NCBI GenBank assembly: GCA_902557575.1
Contig: CACEAR010000001.1
Coordinates: 470,674-534,673, forward strand
Source of the DNA: an uncultured SAR86 cluster bacterium
GTDB lineage: Bacteria; Pseudomonadota; Gammaproteobacteria; Magnimaribacterales; D2472
DNA length: 64,000 nucleotides
Direction: 5' to 3'
Shown here: positions 61,963-64,000 of the stretch, one piece after another
Layout of the letters: every line of letters begins with the position of its first letter
How positions within the stretch are numbered: position 1 is the stretch's first letter
Notes under the pieces: generated by a model
Databases searched by the model: none
Told to the model about the DNA's origin: nothing
The model's input: the letters and a program-made list of their open reading frames with translations, nothing else
Made by a program: the position numbers and the translations under genes

Positions 61963-62185
61963 TAATCAAATACAAGAACTTATTAGATCTTATCTAGACG
62001 ATGTCTCTGACCTATCCATTAGCGGTCAGGATTGTAATTTTTCTATAAAAATTGTTTCTAAAGATTTCATAAATATGAGCACCATAGATAGACATAAAAT
62101 TATTATGAAATTGTTCACAGATCTTCTACAATCAGGTGAACTTCATGCAATTAGTTTAGATTTAAAGGCACCAAGCGAGGTCTAA
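61955..62185 (+). CDS. ibaG: BolA/IbaG family protein
   Basis: CNFSIKIVS..F, DRHK, ELHAISL; upstream of murA. Confidence 0.85.
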   Translation: MDNNQIQELIRSYLDDVSDLSISGQDCNFSIKIVSKDFINMSTIDRHKIIMKLFTDLLQSGELHAISLDLKAPSEV

Positions 62186-63445
62186 TTGGAAAAATTATTA
62201 ATTAAAGGCGGAAAAAGTCTTTCAGGTCAGATTGACTGCTCAGGAGCTAAGAATGCTGCTTTGCCAGTAATTGCAGCATCAATTCTTTCGTCAGATGATA
62301 TAACGCTTAAAAATCTTCCATATCTTCAAGATATTACTACCATGTTTGAACTCATAGGCTCGATGGGAGCTGATATTTCTCTTGATGAGAAAATGAATTT
62401 TAAACTAAATACATCAAACCTTTCCAACCTTGAAGCAAGATATGAGCTTGTAAAAACTATGCGAGCTTCTATCTTAGTTCTTGGATCTATGGTGGCTAAA
62501 TATGGATATGCGAAGATCGCATTGCCTGGAGGGTGCGCTATCGGAAGTCGTCCTGTTAATTATCACCTTAAAGCTCTTGAAAAACTTGGTGCAGAAATAT
62601 CTCTCAATAATGGATATATTGAGGCTAAAGCTAAAAAGTTAACTGGAGCTAATATAGAGTTTGAGGGAGTTACTGTTACGGGTACAGAAAATCTGATGAT
62701 GGCTGCTTCACTAGCTGAGGGATTAACAACTTTAACTAACGTTGCAAAAGAGCCAGAAATTTCTGACTTGGCAGATTTTTTAAATTCAATGGGAGCTAAG
62801 ATTTCAGGAGCAGGAACAGATGAGATTAGGATTGAAGGTGTGGAAGAATTGACTGGTACAACTTTTAAAATTCCTGCAGACAGAATCGAGGCTGGTACAT
62901 ATCTTGTAGCAGCAGCTGTTACTAAAGGAAAAATTACAATCAATAAGATTGATCCAAAAAGAATGGGCTCAATTATAGAAACTCTTCAAAAAGCCGGAGC
63001 TGAAGTGGATTCAAATGATAATTCTATTTCCCTAGATATGACGAAGGATGCTATAAAGCCTGTTGATATTGTCACAGCTCCGTTTCCTGGGTTTCCAACA
63101 GATATGCAAGCGCAGTTTACTGTTCTCAACTGCATCGGACCTGGTGAATCAAGTGTAACAGAGACTATATTTGAAAACAGATTTATGCATGTGCAAGAGC
63201 TTAATAGAATGGGTACTGATATTACAATCAATGGTACCAGTGCACTTATTAATGGAGTTGATTCTATTTCTGGGGCTCAAGTAATGGCAACAGATCTAAG
63301 GGCATCAGCAAGTTTGATACTGGCTGGATTAATAGCAAAAGGAGAAACTATTGTAGATAGGATTTATCATATTGATAGAGGCTATGAAAGAATAGAAGAA
63401 AAATTGTCCAATCTGGGCGCAGAAATAATAAGATTACCTAATTAG
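62186..63445 (+). CDS. murA: UDP-N-acetylglucosamine 1-carboxyvinyltransferase
   Basis: SGAKNAALP, MRASIL, PGGCAIGSRP, DRIEAGT, PGFPTDMQAQ, HIDRGYE. Confidence 0.99.
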   Translation: MEKLLIKGGKSLSGQIDCSGAKNAALPVIAASILSSDDITLKNLPYLQDITTMFELIGSMGADISLDEKMNFKLNTSNLSNLEARYELVKTMRASILVLGSMVAKYGYAKIALPGGCAIGSRPVNYHLKALEKLGAEISLNNGYIEAKAKKLTGANIEFEGVTVTGTENLMMAASLAEGLTTLTNVAKEPEISDLADFLNSMGAKISGAGTDEIRIEGVEELTGTTFKIPADRIEAGTYLVAAAVTKGKITINKIDPKRMGSIIETLQKAGAEVDSNDNSISLDMTKDAIKPVDIVTAPFPGFPTDMQAQFTVLNCIGPGESSVTETIFENRFMHVQELNRMGTDITINGTSALINGVDSISGAQVMATDLRASASLILAGLIAKGETIVDRIYHIDRGYERIEEKLSNLGAEIIRLPN

Positions 63446-64000
63446 ATGCGATAGTCTTAACTAAAACCTCTTTATTTTTATCTTTTCCATAAATCTCAAA
63501 TAAAATCTCATCACCTGGGAAAGTTAATTTAAGTGCTGTAGTCAGATTTGTCCATGTGGCTGGTAAGTCATTTATCTTTAATATTATTTCACCCTCTGAT
63601 ATTCCATTTAGCTCAAGAGGATTTGCAATACCAGACGTATCATCAATTTTTATAATGCTTAAAGCTGGCACTAAATTATTGCTTAAATTTAATCTTATCT
63701 GCCTTACCTGAAAGTCGCCAATCCATGAATTTCTTACCTTGCCAAACTTAATGAGTTCGGAAGCAACTTGAATTACTTTTTCAGATGGTATTGCAAAACC
63801 AATACCTGAATAAGTCCCAGTTTTTGAATATATGCTCGAATTAATACCAATTAAATTTCCCTCTTCATTGAGTAATGCGCCGCCAGAGTTTCCAGGATTA
63901 ATTGCTGCATCTGTTTGCAGTAATTCCAAATAGGGGTTTCCATAATCTCTACCAGTAGCACTAATGATTCCACTTGTAACAGTTTTTCCAACACCAAATG
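63438..64000 (-). CDS. HtrA/DegS-family serine protease with PDZ domain (5' partial)
   Basis: Frame stays open to the window edge: FGVGKTVTSGIISATGR...LQTDAAINPGNSGG; PDZ-like C-terminus. Confidence 0.92.
   Translation of the reverse strand, partial: FGVGKTVTSGIISATGRDYGNPYLELLQTDAAINPGNSGGALLNEEGNLIGINSSIYSKTGTYSGIGFAIPSEKVIQVASELIKFGKVRNSWIGDFQVRQIRLNLSNNLVPALSIIKIDDTSGIANPLELNGISEGEIILKINDLPATWTNLTTALKLTFPGDEILFEIYGKDKNKEVLVKTIASN

Overview
A very compact, AT-rich (roughly one-third GC by eye) stretch of core chromosome. Gene order and protein families are gammaproteobacterial. The tiny intergenic gaps, trimmed proteins and missing accessory genes suggest a streamlined marine lineage such as SAR86 (inference, not verified). 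It holds about 64 CDS and 4 tRNA genes: Leu-GAG, initiator Met, elongator Met and Gln-UUG. Recognisable conserved blocks are dnaE-accA-tilS; valS-pepA/lptFG; dapE-map/carAB-greA-rlmE-ftsH-glmM-tpiA-secG; tRNA-rimP-nusA-infB-rbfA-truB-rpsO-pnp; ychF-pth-rplY-prs-tRNA-ispE/hemA-prfA-prmC-moeB; gatCAB/mreBCD-yhdP; and mgtE-lptBA/mlaC-ibaG-murA/degS-like. I found no mobile element, prophage, CRISPR array or rRNA. The most interesting signals are: (1) a signal-peptide-less GH84 with eukaryote-OGA-type motifs, coupled to the hemA-prfA-prmC-moeB operon; (2) a tandem pair of paralogous ~75-aa membrane hairpin proteins with their own promoter and the strongest terminator I found; (3) repeated -10 boxes 6-7 nt before ATG (candidate leaderless mRNAs) and overlapping bidirectional -10 boxes at most divergent junctions; (4) a candidate pseudoknot leader for rpsO; (5) empty canonical gene slots (holC, glnD/dapD, folP, lolB, rpoN cluster, lptC/kdsDC/mlaFED, hisGDC); and (6) domain-level truncations (ValS, TilS, TruB, YhdP). 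Every absence statement refers only to the canonical slot in this window and needs a whole-genome check.
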